Assembly: GCA_963771175.1 (NCBI GenBank)
Contig: CAVYSY010000044.1
Span: 32,001-96,000, forward strand
Reading direction: 5' to 3'
Source of the DNA: an uncultured delta proteobacterium
GTDB lineage: Bacteria; Myxococcota; Myxococcia; Myxococcales; Myxococcaceae
DNA length: 64,000 nucleotides
Positions 50,197 through 63,907 of this stretch are shown in pieces. A program made the position numbers and the translations under genes. Position 1 is the first letter of the stretch. The number at the start of each line of letters is the position of its first letter. A model generated the notes under the pieces. It did not search any database, had not been told where the DNA came from, and was given only the letters and a program-made list of their open reading frames with translations.

Positions 50197-51279
50197 ATGA
50201 ACACGGATGTGCTCCTGGAGACTCGCGGGCCCATGGGCCTGGTGACGCTCAATCGCCCCAAGGCGCTCAACGCGCTCGACCTGGGGATGATCCGCGCGCT
50301 GCACCCGGCCCTGGAGGCCTGGGCGAAGGAGCCCGCGGTCAAGGCGGTGGTGATTCGTGGGGCCGGAGGTCGCGCGTTCTGCGCCGGTGGTGACGTGCGC
50401 GCCGTGGCCGCCTCGCGGGGCTCGCCCGCTCCCGAGGGACAGGAGCCCCTCTCGAGCGCCTTCTTCCGCGAGGAGTACCGGCTCAATCATCTCATCCACC
50501 ACTACCCCAAGCCGTACCTCGCGCTGGTGGACGGCATCAGCATGGGCGGAGGGCTCGGGCTGTCCGTGCACGGCTCGCACCGAGTCGTCACCGAGCGGCT
50601 GGTGCTGGCCATGCCCGAGACGGCGATTGGCCTGTTCCCCGACGTGGGCGGCGGCTGGTTCCTCCCGCGCTTCCCGGGCGAGGCGGGCACGTACCTCGGG
50701 CTCACCGGCACCCGGTGCAATGCCGCGGACGCGATGTGGCTCGGGTACGGGACGCAGCTCGTGACGCACGACAGGCTGGACGCGGTGGTGGACGCGCTCG
50801 CGGCGGCGGACTGGAGCTCGGGGCCGGCGCGCGACGTGGCCACGCGGGTGCTGTCCGGCTTCGCCACCGAGCCCGGGGAGTCCCCGCTGCGGGTGCACGC
50901 GCAGGCCATCGACCGGTGCTTTGGGAGGGACCGGGTGGAGGACATCCTCGGGGCGCTGGAGGCCGAGGGCACGCCGTGGGCCGAGGAGACTCGGGCCACG
51001 CTGGGGCGCATGTCGCCCACGAGCCTGAAGGTGACGTTGCGCCAGTTGCGGCTGTGCCGGGGCAGGAGCTACGACGAGGTCGTCACCGTGGAGTACCGGC
51101 TGAGCCAGCACGTCACCGCGCTGCCGGACTTCCGCGAGGGCATCCGCGCCGTGCTGGTGGACAAGGACAACCGCCCGAAGTGGAACCCGCCCACGCTGGC
51201 CGAGGTGCGGGACGCGGACGTGGAGGCGTGCTTCGCGCCGCTCGGGGACAGGGACCTGGTGCTGGCCGCGCCGAGATGA
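50197..51279 (+). CDS. Enoyl-CoA hydratase family, 3-hydroxyisobutyryl-CoA hydrolase-like
   Basis: LNRPKALNAL, FCAGGD, MGGG, MPETAIGLFPDVG, DFREGIRA. Confidence 0.9.
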   Translation: MNTDVLLETRGPMGLVTLNRPKALNALDLGMIRALHPALEAWAKEPAVKAVVIRGAGGRAFCAGGDVRAVAASRGSPAPEGQEPLSSAFFREEYRLNHLIHHYPKPYLALVDGISMGGGLGLSVHGSHRVVTERLVLAMPETAIGLFPDVGGGWFLPRFPGEAGTYLGLTGTRCNAADAMWLGYGTQLVTHDRLDAVVDALAAADWSSGPARDVATRVLSGFATEPGESPLRVHAQAIDRCFGRDRVEDILGALEAEGTPWAEETRATLGRMSPTSLKVTLRQLRLCRGRSYDEVVTVEYRLSQHVTALPDFREGIRAVLVDKDNRPKWNPPTLAEVRDADVEACFAPLGDRDLVLAAPR

Positions 51280-51336
51280 GGGACGAGCTGGCGCCTTGGA
51301 CCACCGGGGTCGAGGGGAGCCATGCTCCCCAGCACC

Positions 51337-52826
<1,490 letters not shown>

Positions 52827-52877
52827 CAAGTGCCGCTTGGACCGCCGGGGTCGAAGGGAGCCATGCTCCCCGGCACC

Positions 52878-54367
<1,490 letters not shown>

Positions 54368-54398
54368 ACTGCGGGGTGAACAGCGGGCCGCACCGGTT

Positions 54399-56333
54399 CT
54401 ATCCGGCCCGGCGAGTGCCTTCGCGCAGCTCCGTGTCGAGTCGCTCCACCAGCGTGCTCCACGCGACCGTGTCGCCGGGCTCGCCCCGGTAGCGCGCCTC
54501 CCGGTAGTGCGCGAGGAACGCCGCCGCCACCTCCGCCACCGCGTCCCCTCTCGCCGCGCGCAGCCGGGACAGCAATTCGTCATCCGTCTCCGAGGGCAGC
54601 GGCACCAGGCCCACCCTCCGCTTCAGCGTCTTCAGGTAGCGCGCGTAGGCCTCGGCCAGTTTCGCGTCCCGCGTGTCCAGCGCCCCGCGCCGCGCTCGCG
54701 CCCGTCCGCCCCGCCGCCGCGCCCGGAAGCGCCACACGACTCCCGCCGCCACCAGCAGCCAGAACACCGGCGAGCGCCCCACCGCCCTCACCTGCTCCAG
54801 CGGCTGGTAGCGCACCGCCGCCACCACTCGACGGAAGAACGTGCCCACCGCTCCCGTCAGCTTCCCGAGGAAGCCCGCCTTCGACAGCCCCAGCGCCTCG
54901 TCCCGGCTCCGCCACGGTGTCGGGTCGAACGCCACGAAGCGCCCCTCGTCCGCGAGGTACACCTCCACCCAGGCGTGCGCGTCCCGCTCGCGCACCAGCG
55001 TGCTCCCCGTCAGGTCGTTCGGCTCCTCGGGCGCGAAGCCCCCCACCACCCGCGCCGGCACGTCCAGCGTGCGCAGCAGCGCCGCCATCGCGCTCGCGAA
55101 GTACGTGCAGTACGCCGCGCGTCGCTCGCGCACCAGCACCGCCAGTGGGCTCCCCTCTCCCCGCAGGTCCACGTCCAGCGAGTACAGGAAGTGCTCGTGG
55201 AAGTAGGACTCCAGCGCTCGGGCCTTCTCGCGCGGCGTGCGCGCCTCGCGCGTCAGGGACTCCGCCAGCGGGCGCAGCTCCGCCTCCAGCGTCTCCGGGA
55301 GCGCCGTGAGGGACTCCCCGGGCACGCTCTCCGCGGGCAGGCGCTCCCGCGCGTCCGTGTGCAGCGCGAGCGTGGTTCCCTCCAGCCCCTCCCCCTTCAA
55401 CACCCAGCCGCCCAGCACCTCCAGGGGCGCCCCCTCCACCTCGCGCGTCCCCGCCGGCGCCGGCAGCCACGCGCCCAGCGGCGCCAGCACCGTCATCGCC
55501 AGCAACCGCTCCGCCTCCGCTCCCTTCGTCGGCGGTGCCAGCCGCGTCCTCGCCAGCTCCTCCGAGGTCGTCCACCGCTCGCCATCGAACGCGTCGAATA
55601 CCCGTGTCCGCAGCCGCTCGGGGGCTCCGCCGGAGACCACCAGCAGGGGTTTCTCGGAGCCTCGCCGATTGCGGGACACGGCGCGGATGCCCACCTCCGA
55701 CTGGAACTCCGCGCCGGTGGGAGGGCTCGTGCCGCTCGTCAGCCGGTACACCGCGTCCACCAGCATGCCCTCGCTGGCGTGGACGGTCCGCCCCAGCACC
55801 ACCGACAGGCCCGCCAGCAGCACCGTGAAGACGGCGAAGCCCACCCCGCCGCGCCAGCCCGTGCGCGGGAGTCCTCCCTCCACGTAGGCCACCAGCAGCA
55901 CGCTCAGCACCACCGCCCCCAGCACCCACTGCATGCCCGGCAGCGTCCGCACCCGCATGCTGAGCGCCACCAGCAAGCACGCGTACGTCCACGCGTAGTA
56001 GCGGTTGCGGCCCAGTCCGCAGAGCACGGACAGCCCCACCAGCGCTCCGCACAGCGGGCCGAAGATGGCGGGCGGGAAGGGCGCCGTCGGCGGCGTGCTC
56101 ACCCAGAGCATTCCCAGCCCCGCCCCGAAGCCCAGCGCTCCCGCCAGCAGCAGGCGCCCCGGGGTGTAATCGACTCGCACTCTGGCCAGCGTGGCGCCCA
56201 CCAGCACCACCATCATCGGGGCGCACAGCAGCCACCGCTCGTGCGCCACCGCGTGCAGCGCGAGTGCCGCGAACACCGGAGTCAGCTCCACCAGCCGGCC
56301 GAGCCGGGACACGTTCTCGACGGGCTCGCTCAT
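54399..56333 (-). CDS. Membrane transglutaminase-like protein
   Basis: N-terminal TM segments; YCTYFASA...VPARVVGGF...DAHAWVEVY...FDPTP. Confidence 0.9.
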   Translation of the reverse strand: MSEPVENVSRLGRLVELTPVFAALALHAVAHERWLLCAPMMVVLVGATLARVRVDYTPGRLLLAGALGFGAGLGMLWVSTPPTAPFPPAIFGPLCGALVGLSVLCGLGRNRYYAWTYACLLVALSMRVRTLPGMQWVLGAVVLSVLLVAYVEGGLPRTGWRGGVGFAVFTVLLAGLSVVLGRTVHASEGMLVDAVYRLTSGTSPPTGAEFQSEVGIRAVSRNRRGSEKPLLVVSGGAPERLRTRVFDAFDGERWTTSEELARTRLAPPTKGAEAERLLAMTVLAPLGAWLPAPAGTREVEGAPLEVLGGWVLKGEGLEGTTLALHTDARERLPAESVPGESLTALPETLEAELRPLAESLTREARTPREKARALESYFHEHFLYSLDVDLRGEGSPLAVLVRERRAAYCTYFASAMAALLRTLDVPARVVGGFAPEEPNDLTGSTLVRERDAHAWVEVYLADEGRFVAFDPTPWRSRDEALGLSKAGFLGKLTGAVGTFFRRVVAAVRYQPLEQVRAVGRSPVFWLLVAAGVVWRFRARRRGGRARARRGALDTRDAKLAEAYARYLKTLKRRVGLVPLPSETDDELLSRLRAARGDAVAEVAAAFLAHYREARYRGEPGDTVAWSTLVERLDTELREGTRRAG

Positions 56334-57541
56334 GACAGCTCCACCACCTCGTCCGGGGCGAGCCCCGTGGGCTTGCGCTCCGGCCGCACCGAGAGCACCC
56401 GCACCGCCACCCCGTGCGCCTTGAGCTTCTCCACCAGCGCCGCGCGCGAGGGCTCCCAGTCCATCACCACGAAGACGACGGCCGAGAGCTGGCTGGACTC
56501 GGGCAGCAGCGCGGACTCCAGCGCCTCCAGGTCCAGGCTGTCCCCCGGCTCCAGCGCGGCGAGGATTTCGAGAATGTGCTCGAAGTGCGCCAGCGCGCGG
56601 CCCGCCTGGAAGTGGAACACCTGGGGCCCGGCGGCGAACAGGTCGATGATGTACTCCTGCCGCGCCAGCGCGTCCGCCATGCCCGCCGCCAGCGAGAGCG
56701 CCTTCTCCAGCAGCGCATCCTCCTTCGCCGAGCGCGACTGCACGTCCAGCACCAGGGCGAGCCGGACGAAGAACTCCTCCTGGAACTCCTTCACCACCAG
56801 CCGGCCGGTGCGCGCGAAGGAGGGCCAGTGGATGTCCCGGGTGCGGTCCCCGTCATGCCAGTCGCGAGTGCCGAAGAACTCGGTGGACTCGCCCACCTGC
56901 GAGGCCACGGCGATGCCTCCGGGCTGGTAGTTGCGCCCGTGCGGCACGTCGAAGGACTCGAGCGGGGTGAAGCGCGGGTAGACGAGCACCCGGTCCCTGC
57001 CCGGCGAGCGCCTCGACCACTTCACCAGCGCCGAGGGGAAGAGGCTCGCGGCCTGGAGCGCGGACAATTCGTAGACGCCGCGGGTGGTGCAGGTGAGGCG
57101 CAGCGTCACCTCGGTGCGCTCGCCGGGCGCGAGCGAGTCGATGACGGGGGGCTCGCCCACGGAGCGGAGCTCGGGGGGCAGGTCGCGCTCCTCGATGACG
57201 AGGTGGCGCACGGTGCGCCGGCCGGGGTTCTCCACGCGCACGCGGTAGGTGAGCGTGTCCCCGGCGGACACGGGGGGCGGGAGCAGACGGGTGAGGGAGA
57301 CGCGAGGCCGGAAGGGCAGGCCCACCACGGCGGCGGCGAGCAGCGCGGAGACGGAGAAGGAGAAGAAGAGGATGAGGGGCGCGACGAGCCCGCCGAGCAG
57401 CAGCAGCGCCGCGGCCAGCGCCGCCCACAGCACCACGCGGCCCACGGGGGTGAGCAGGCCGTGGTACCGGTCCTTGAGGAAGCGGATGAACCCGTGCTCC
57501 TCGGCCGGCATGAAGAAGGACCAGCGGCGACGTCGGGCCAT
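56330..57541 (-). CDS. DUF58 domain protein
   Basis: RGVY, LVYP, EFFGTRDW-HDGD, IHW...ARTG...VKEF. Confidence 0.88.
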   Translation of the reverse strand: MARRRRWSFFMPAEEHGFIRFLKDRYHGLLTPVGRVVLWAALAAALLLLGGLVAPLILFFSFSVSALLAAAVVGLPFRPRVSLTRLLPPPVSAGDTLTYRVRVENPGRRTVRHLVIEERDLPPELRSVGEPPVIDSLAPGERTEVTLRLTCTTRGVYELSALQAASLFPSALVKWSRRSPGRDRVLVYPRFTPLESFDVPHGRNYQPGGIAVASQVGESTEFFGTRDWHDGDRTRDIHWPSFARTGRLVVKEFQEEFFVRLALVLDVQSRSAKEDALLEKALSLAAGMADALARQEYIIDLFAAGPQVFHFQAGRALAHFEHILEILAALEPGDSLDLEALESALLPESSQLSAVVFVVMDWEPSRAALVEKLKAHGVAVRVLSVRPERKPTGLAPDEVVELS

Positions 57542-57741
57542 GCGCGGCGTTTTCCTCGGGAGCCAGGAGGGGACGGGACGGGAGTCGGCCCGCATTGGAG
57601 CAGACCGCCACGCCCCGTTCCAGGGACCGGAGGACCACCAGGCGAGCAGGCGTACTACACGCGGATGGACTTTGTGCGCAGGTGACCCGACCTGTGACTG
57701 TCCGGCCTGCCGTCGTGCGCATTTCGGCCTAAACTTGAGAC

Positions 57742-57976
57742 ATGGACCCGCGCGCATCTCCTACGGCAGGCCTTCCCGAGCTACGGACCGGATTGGGATG
57801 CGGCCATCGAGGCCGGAGTCGATGTGTCCCTGCTGGAGGAGAACCTGCGCCTCACCCCCACCGAACGGCTCGAACAGCTCCAGCGAATGACCGAGCTGTA
57901 CGAGGCCCTGCGTCCGAAGGAGTCGCCCGACGATGCAGCGGACACCCGAGCTGACCGGCAGCGAGGACCTCAGTAG
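57742..57976 (+). CDS. Small antitoxin-like protein (needs a +1 shift near 57750)
   Basis: Manual translation: [46 protein letters not shown]; this motif is usually found upstream of nucleotidyltransferase genes. Confidence 0.55.
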
Positions 57977-58203
57977 CCAAGATCGAGTTTCTGCGCCTCG
58001 GCAGCCAGCTCGCTCAATACCTCCTCCTGGCGTTGCTCCTCTCGCCGCTTGTAGGCAAACAGCTCCTCGAAGCGGATACGGCGATGAGCCCCCACCTTGT
58101 GGAACGGAATCTTCCCCTGGTCGAGCAGCCCGATGAGAAAGGGATGCGACACGTTCAACAGGTTGGCTGCTTCCTGGGTCGTCAGCGTGGCATCGAGTTC
58201 CAT
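57970..58203 (-). CDS. Excisionase-like HTH protein (HTH_17 antitoxin type)
   Basis: [37 protein letters not shown]...EAQKLDLGY. Confidence 0.85.
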   Translation of the reverse strand: MELDATLTTQEAANLLNVSHPFLIGLLDQGKIPFHKVGAHRRIRFEELFAYKRREEQRQEEVLSELAAEAQKLDLGY

Positions 58204-58301
58204 GTCAGCTCCTGTCTCCGGTCCACACCTTACCTGAAAGGTAACTGGAGCCATCCGACTTTCAAGAGCTGAAAGGGGCTCGGGTACAGGGAGCGAGGCG
58301 G

Positions 58302-59278
58302 CTACCTCGGCACCGGCACGGAGCCGACCAGGTCCTTCGTCATGGCCCGCTTGTCCGCTCCCGCGTAGCGCGCCCGCGTGTCCAGCACGAGCCTGTGCGC
58401 CAGCACCGGCACCGCCAGCACCTTCAGGTCCTCGGGCAGCACGTAGTCCCGCCCCTGCATCAGCGCCCTCGCCCTCGCCATCCTCCCGTACAGCAGTGCC
58501 CCTCGCGTCGACACGCCCAGCCGGATGCTCGGGTGTCCGCGCGTCGCCTGCACTATCCGCAAGAGGTAGTCCGCCACCGACTCCTCCAGCTTCACCTCCT
58601 GCACCCGCCGCTGCAGCTCCCCCACCTCCTCCAGCGAGCACACCGGCGCCATCCCCTCCAGCGGCGGCGGCCCCGAGCGCGTCATCAGCAGCGTGCGCTC
58701 CTCGTCCTCCGGCAGGTACCCCAGCGACAGTTGCACCGCGAACCGGTCCAGCTGACGCCTCCGGCAGCGGATACGTGCCGTGAAACTCCACCGGGTTCTG
58801 CGTCGCGATGCACAGGAACGGCGGCGCCAGCACGTGCGTCTGCCCGTCCACCGTCACCTGCCCCTCGCTCAGCGCCTCCAGCAGCGCCGATTGCGTGCGC
58901 GGCGAGGCCCGGTTGATTTCATCGGCGAGCAGCACGTTGGCGAACAGCGGCCCCGGCCGGAAGCGGAACGTGCCCTCCTGTGGGTTGAAGATGGACGCCC
59001 CGACGATGTCCGTGGGCAGCAGGTCCGGCGTGAACTGCACCCGCTTGAAGCTGCCTCCGACGCTCAGCGCCAGCGCCTTGGCCAGCGTCGTCTTCCCCGT
59101 GCCCGGCACGTCCTCCAGCAGCACGTGCCCGCCGCGCCGCCACCGAGCACAGCAGCAACTCCAGCGCCTCGCGCTTGCCCCGGATGACGCGCTCGAGGTT
59201 GTCGACCAGCCGGGACACCAGCACGCGCGTCGGAGCCGCTCGCTCGGGGACAGGGACCTTCACGGGGGAAGAGGACAT
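58302..59278 (-). CDS. MoxR family AAA+ ATPase (frameshifts near 59135 and 58755)
   Basis: [30 protein letters not shown]...YPLPEA; C-terminus GRDYVLPED. Confidence 0.9.
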
Positions 59279-59323
59279 TTCGGACGCGCAGCGTAGCAGC
59301 CACGGGTAGGCTCCCGACACTCC

Positions 59324-60599
59324 ATGGCCGCCTCCGCCACCGTCCGGGACCTGTTGCTGCTGCTGCGGCGCAACCCGGACTACCGACGCCTCTTCTGCGC
59401 CACCGTCGTCTCCCTGCTCGGCGACTGGTTCGCCTTCGTGGCCATCAGCGGCTTCGTCACCGAGACCACCGGCCGCCCCGGCTCCTCCGCCGCCGTCTTC
59501 GCCGCCAGCGTCCTGCCCGCCTTCCTGCTCTCCCCCCTGGCCGGCCTCATCGCCGACCGCGTGGACCGCAAGCGCCTCATGGTGGCCGTGGACCTGCTGC
59601 GCGTCCTCCCCGCGCTCGGCCTGCTCGCCGCCCTGCACTGGCGCTCGCCCGTGCTCGCCATCTCCTGCGTGGCCCTGCTCGCCGCCCTCTCCTCCTTCTT
59701 CGACCCCGTCGCCGAGGCCTCCGTCCCCAACGTCGTCGCCCCCGAGGAGCTCTCGCTCGCCCAGGCCGCGCTCGGCAGCGTCTGGGGCACCATGCTCTTC
59801 ATCGGCGCCGCCGTGGGAGGCCTGGCCACCCTCGCCTTCGGCCGCGAGGCCAGCATCCTCCTCAACGCCTCCACCTTCCTCGTCTCCGCCCTGCTGGTGT
59901 GGGGCATCCGCCGGCCCCTCCAACACCACGGCGCGCCCTCCACCCAGGGCGTGGGGGCCCAGCTCGGCGAGGTGTGGACGCTCGCCCGCCAGAGCCGGCT
60001 CACCCGCTCGCTGCTCGTCACCAAGGTGGGCGTGGGGCTCGGCAATGGAATCGTCGGGCTGCTGCCCGCCTTCGCCACCGGCCGCTTCGAGGCCGGAGAC
60101 GTGGGCGTGGGCACGCTGCTCGCCGCGCGCGGGCTGGGGGCGCTGCTCGGGCCCTTCCTCGGCCAGCGCTGGGCGCGCGACGACGGACGGCGCCTGCTGC
60201 TGGTGTGCGGCGCCTCCATGGTGACGTACGGGCTGGCCTACGCGCTGCTGCCCCTCGCCCCCTCGCTGCCCCTGGCCGCCGTGTGCGTGCTGCTGGCCCA
60301 CCTCGGCGGCGGCGCGCAGTGGGTGCTGTCCACCTACGGCCTCCAGGTGTCCACCCCGGATGGGCTGCGCGGGCGCGTGCTCGCGCTCGACTTCGGGATG
60401 GCCACGCTCGCCGTCGGGGTGTCCTCGCTCGCCGCCGGGGCCGCCGCCGAGGGCGTGGGCCTCGCCGCCGCCTCCTGGGGCCTCGCCGCCGCCTCGCTCC
60501 TCTATGGCACCTGGTGGCTGTGGTGGACGCGCGAGCTGTGGCGCGGCTCACGCGGACGTGCTCGCCCGCTTCCGCCCCTCCCCGCGTCAGCCGGGCTGA
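59324..60599 (+). CDS. MFS transporter
   Basis: GDW, ADRVDRK, NASTF, RGRV; about 12 TM. The track ORF ends at 60685; a likely indel near 60550 gives ...ARFRPSPRQPG* at 60599. Confidence 0.85.
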
Positions 60600-60611
60600 G
60601 ACAGGAAGCCC
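60572..60611. repeat. 40-bp direct repeat, left
   Basis: CCGCCCCTCCCCGCGTCAGCCGGGCTGAGACAGGAAGCCC, identical to 61665-61704. Confidence 0.92.
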
Positions 60612-60718
60612 GAGGACTGCCACGCCGCACGAGCAGCGGAGCAGGCACGTGCCTCGCCGGGCTTGCCCTCGACCTCAGGGGGTGAGTAACTTTCTACTCA
60701 CGCGAACGAAGGTGAGCC

Positions 60719-61117
60719 ATGTCCCGCTTTCAAGCCCAGACCAACGCCGTCCTCGATCAGGAACTCGAAGAGCTCCGGAAGCGACTCGGACTGGCTCCAA
60801 GCCAGAAGGCGGATCTCCTGCGCGAGGTGGCGTCTCTCGCCGCGTGGGTCGTCCGGCAGGCGGAAGAGGGGCGCAGCGTGGAGGCCCGGCGAGGCACCGA
60901 GGTCGAGACACTCACCCATCCCGTCATCGAGCGACTGCGCGCGCGCCATGAGACGGCGGAGGTGCCGCGCATCACCCTCACGAACGCCGAGGCGGAGCGG
61001 CTGGCTCGCATCCTCGACCGGGGATTCGAGCCGACGCCCGCGCTGCGCGCCGTGCTCCAACGCCTCGCCAACCCCAAGCGCCGTCCACCGAAGCTTCGTT
61101 GGAAGAAGACGGCGTGA
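60719..61117 (+). CDS. DUF1778/TacA-like antitoxin with extended N-terminus
   Basis: C-terminal ITLTNAEAERLARILD...EPTPALRAVL; directly upstream of a GNAT gene. Confidence 0.7.
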   Translation: MSRFQAQTNAVLDQELEELRKRLGLAPSQKADLLREVASLAAWVVRQAEEGRSVEARRGTEVETLTHPVIERLRARHETAEVPRITLTNAEAERLARILDRGFEPTPALRAVLQRLANPKRRPPKLRWKKTA

Positions 61118-61120
61118 CCG

Positions 61121-61653
61121 ATGGGCCTCCGCGTCGAGCCTCTCGGGCGCCAGCACCGCACGCTGCTCAAGGGCTTCCAGAATCAGCACGACTCCCTCGT
61201 CGAGTACCTGCAGCGCTATGCGCTCCGGCATCTCGAAAAGGACCTGTTGGCGAGAACCTATGTGGCCATCGATGAGAGCCCGGAGGGGCCACGTCTCGCG
61301 GGCTACTTCAGTCTCTCGACGGTGAGTGTGGAACGGAGCGCGGCACAGAAGGTACCCACGCTCGATCGGCTCCCGCGATTTCCCATTCCCGGGTGCTGCT
61401 CGCGCGGCTCGCCGTGGACCAACGCGCCCAGGGACAGGGGCTCGGGCGATTCCTCTTCGAGGAAGCACTGGGCCTGACCCTCGAGCTCGCGCAGTCGGGC
61501 CCCGTCGCGTTCCGCCTCTTCGTCACCGATGCCATCGACGCTCAGGCGGCTCGCTTCTACGAGCGGTTCGGCTTCACGCGACTGTCCGACGAGTACCCCT
61601 GCCGCATGGTGCTCGACCTGCTGCCCTTGCTCACCACGACCGGCACGACGTAG
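61121..61653 (+). CDS. GNAT acetyltransferase toxin (TacT/AtaT-like; frameshift near 61392)
   Basis: LAGYFSLS...PRFPIP / LLARLAVD...QGQGLG...DA...AARFYERFGF. Confidence 0.85.
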
Positions 61654-61664
61654 GCCGCCGAGTC

Positions 61665-61704
61665 CCGCCCCTCCCCGCGTCAGCCGGGCTGAGACAGGAA
61701 GCCC
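61665..61704. repeat. 40-bp direct repeat, right
   Basis: Contains the 3' end and stop codon of the inositol monophosphatase family gene. Confidence 0.92.
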
Positions 61705-62684
61705 CACTCCTCGCCGGCCACCCGCCTCATCGCCTCGACGACGTGCAGGTGGAGGGGCCCGTTGCTGATGATGAGCCCCACGGTGTGCCGCAGCTCCGTG
61801 CCCTGCGTGAAGTCCACCGCCCGCCCATCCAACCCCGTCACCTGGCCTCCCGCCGCGCGCACCAGCGCCGTGCCCGCCACGTGGTCCCAGATTTTGTGCG
61901 GGCTCTTCCTCGTGTCCCGAGGCCCTCGCACGTACAGGTCCGCCGCCCCCGCCGCCACCAGCGCGTACTTCACCATCCCGTCGTAGCGCTTGATGCGCCG
62001 CACATCCAGGCCCGCCTCCGCGTACACCCGGTCGGCGATCTCCCGCTCGCGCCGCCCCATGACGTAGCTCTCCACCGCGCGGATGCTCTTGGGGTCCACG
62101 CGGTCGGAGACGTGCAGCGCGCGCGGCTCGGTGCCGTCGGGGGCCTCGAGCGGCTCGGCCCAGGCGCGGCCCCCCTCCGTGAAGAAGAGCGTCCCGCTGT
62201 CATCCAGCGGCGACAGGGGCACGCCGATGATGCCGTCCACCGGCTGGCCCTCCTCCAGCGTCCCCACGCAGACCGCGTACGCGCGCCCGTGGATGAAGCC
62301 CTCCGTCCCGTCGATGGGGTCGATGACCCACGTCCGGTCCACCCGCCGGTTCCGGCCATGGTCGAGCCAGCGCACGAAGTCCGCTTCGCTCACCAGCTCG
62401 CCCAGCAGCTTGCCCACCAGCCGGACCACCTGCTCGCGCTCCGCCTGCGGCACGGTGAGGAAGGCCTCGCCGCCCTCCTCGGCGATGACGCCGTCCCCGG
62501 GGAAGTGGCGGCTGATGGCGCGGCACAGCAGCGCCTGCGCGCCGTAGTCCGCGACGGTGACGGGGCTGGCGTCGCTCTTGCGGGTGACACCCGCCTGGGA
62601 GGCCTGCACCCGGCGGCTCAGCTCACATGCCAGTCGGACCGCATCGATGATGGGTTGTAGCTCGCGCACGCTCGGCTGCTCCAT
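61680..62684 (-). CDS. Inositol monophosphatase / 3'(2'),5'-bisphosphate nucleotidase family
   Basis: SPVTVADY, IAEE, WVIDPIDGT, KIWDH. Confidence 0.92.
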   Translation of the reverse strand: MEQPSVRELQPIIDAVRLACELSRRVQASQAGVTRKSDASPVTVADYGAQALLCRAISRHFPGDGVIAEEGGEAFLTVPQAEREQVVRLVGKLLGELVSEADFVRWLDHGRNRRVDRTWVIDPIDGTEGFIHGRAYAVCVGTLEEGQPVDGIIGVPLSPLDDSGTLFFTEGGRAWAEPLEAPDGTEPRALHVSDRVDPKSIRAVESYVMGRREREIADRVYAEAGLDVRRIKRYDGMVKYALVAAGAADLYVRGPRDTRKSPHKIWDHVAGTALVRAAGGQVTGLDGRAVDFTQGTELRHTVGLIISNGPLHLHVVEAMRRVAGEEWGFLSQPG

Positions 62685-62898
62685 GGGGGGAGGGCTCCTT
62701 CTCTCATGGAGAGGAGCTCCTCGAAAGCAACTCTAGCCATGCACTGTCAGGAGAGCAGCGGAGCGGGCCCGGTCCCTGGCTCGTGCGACTTCAGCGCCTC
62801 CTCCCGGGTCCAAGGAGCCCGATCTTCAGGCTGGTTGTACTTCTCCTCCAGACGGCGGCCCCCCTCGAGGAGGGCGGTGTCGCCGGGACCGGAGCCGC

Positions 62899-63907
62899 TC
62901 ACCCCACCGCCCTCGAGGCAGCCCCCGAGCCCTCCAGCATCCGCCGCGCGGCCGCCACGGCCTGCTCGAAGGCCTCGCGCCCTCGCGGGGACATCGCGGC
63001 GAGCCCACAGGGCACGTGCGGCAGGTCCTCGTACAGGTCCAGGGTGACGGGAATGCCCTCGGTCCGAGCGCGCTCGGCGAACTGGCATACCGCGTCCCGG
63101 AAGAGCTCCACGCCGCCCACCTGGACGTAGAGCGGTGGCAGCCCGCGCGGCGAGGCGTGCAGCGGTGAGACGCGCGGGTCCGTCAGGTCCAGGGGCCCGG
63201 CGTAGAAGCGACCCCACTCGACCAGCCCCTCGCGCGTCAGCAAGTCATAGGGCGCGTTCTCCACGTGGCTCGCCGCCGCGCACGAGAGGTCCACCCAGGG
63301 CGACAGCAGCACCGCGCCCGCGGGCAGCGGCTCGCCGGCCTCCACGAGCGCCCCCAGCAGCGCCAGCGTCAGCCCGCCACCCGCCGAGTCCCCGGCCACC
63401 ACCACCCGCGAGGGCTCCACGCCCGTGCTCCGCAGCCACCGCCACACGGCGAGCGCGTCCTCCAGCGCGGCCGGGTAGGGGTGCTCGGGCGCCAGGCGGT
63501 AGTCCGGCACGAGCACCCGGACGCCCGTGCCCACCGCGAGGCCGGAGGTGGTCGCGCGGTAGGAGCGCGCCGAGCCCATCACGTAGCCGCCGCCGTGGAG
63601 GAAGAGGAGCACCGTCTCTCCCGCCCCCGCCTTGGGCGTCACCCACATGGCCGACACCCCGCCCGCGTCCACGCTGCGAGAACTCCACGAGCTTCTGGGC
63701 CGGGCTCCTGGGAGTCAGCTCATCCATCACCTTCCGGGTCGCCTGGATGGTCGGGACGTCGCGCATCAAGGGCATGCCGCGCAGGAAGGCCGCGAAGGTC
63801 TCGACACCATGGGACCAACCGGGACGCAGCGGACCATGGCGCACGCGGCGCAGCGTGGTCCGAGCCGCGGCACGGGCATAGCCAAGGAGCATCTGGAGAC
63901 GGGTCAT
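62899..63907 (-). CDS. Alpha/beta hydrolase, HSL/GDXG esterase (frameshift near 63675)
   Basis: HGGGY, DYRLAPEHPYPA, GDSAGG, SPW. Confidence 0.88.

Noticed and set aside
57970..59124. MoxR-excisionase fusion ORF
   Set aside because: Created by a frameshift near 58755; the MoxR C-terminus is in the 58302-58736 frame.
62747..62898. Possible coding tail LEEKYNQPEDRAPWTREEALKS downstream of the esterase
   Set aside because: Cannot tell whether it is a frameshifted esterase C-terminus or non-coding; no motif support.
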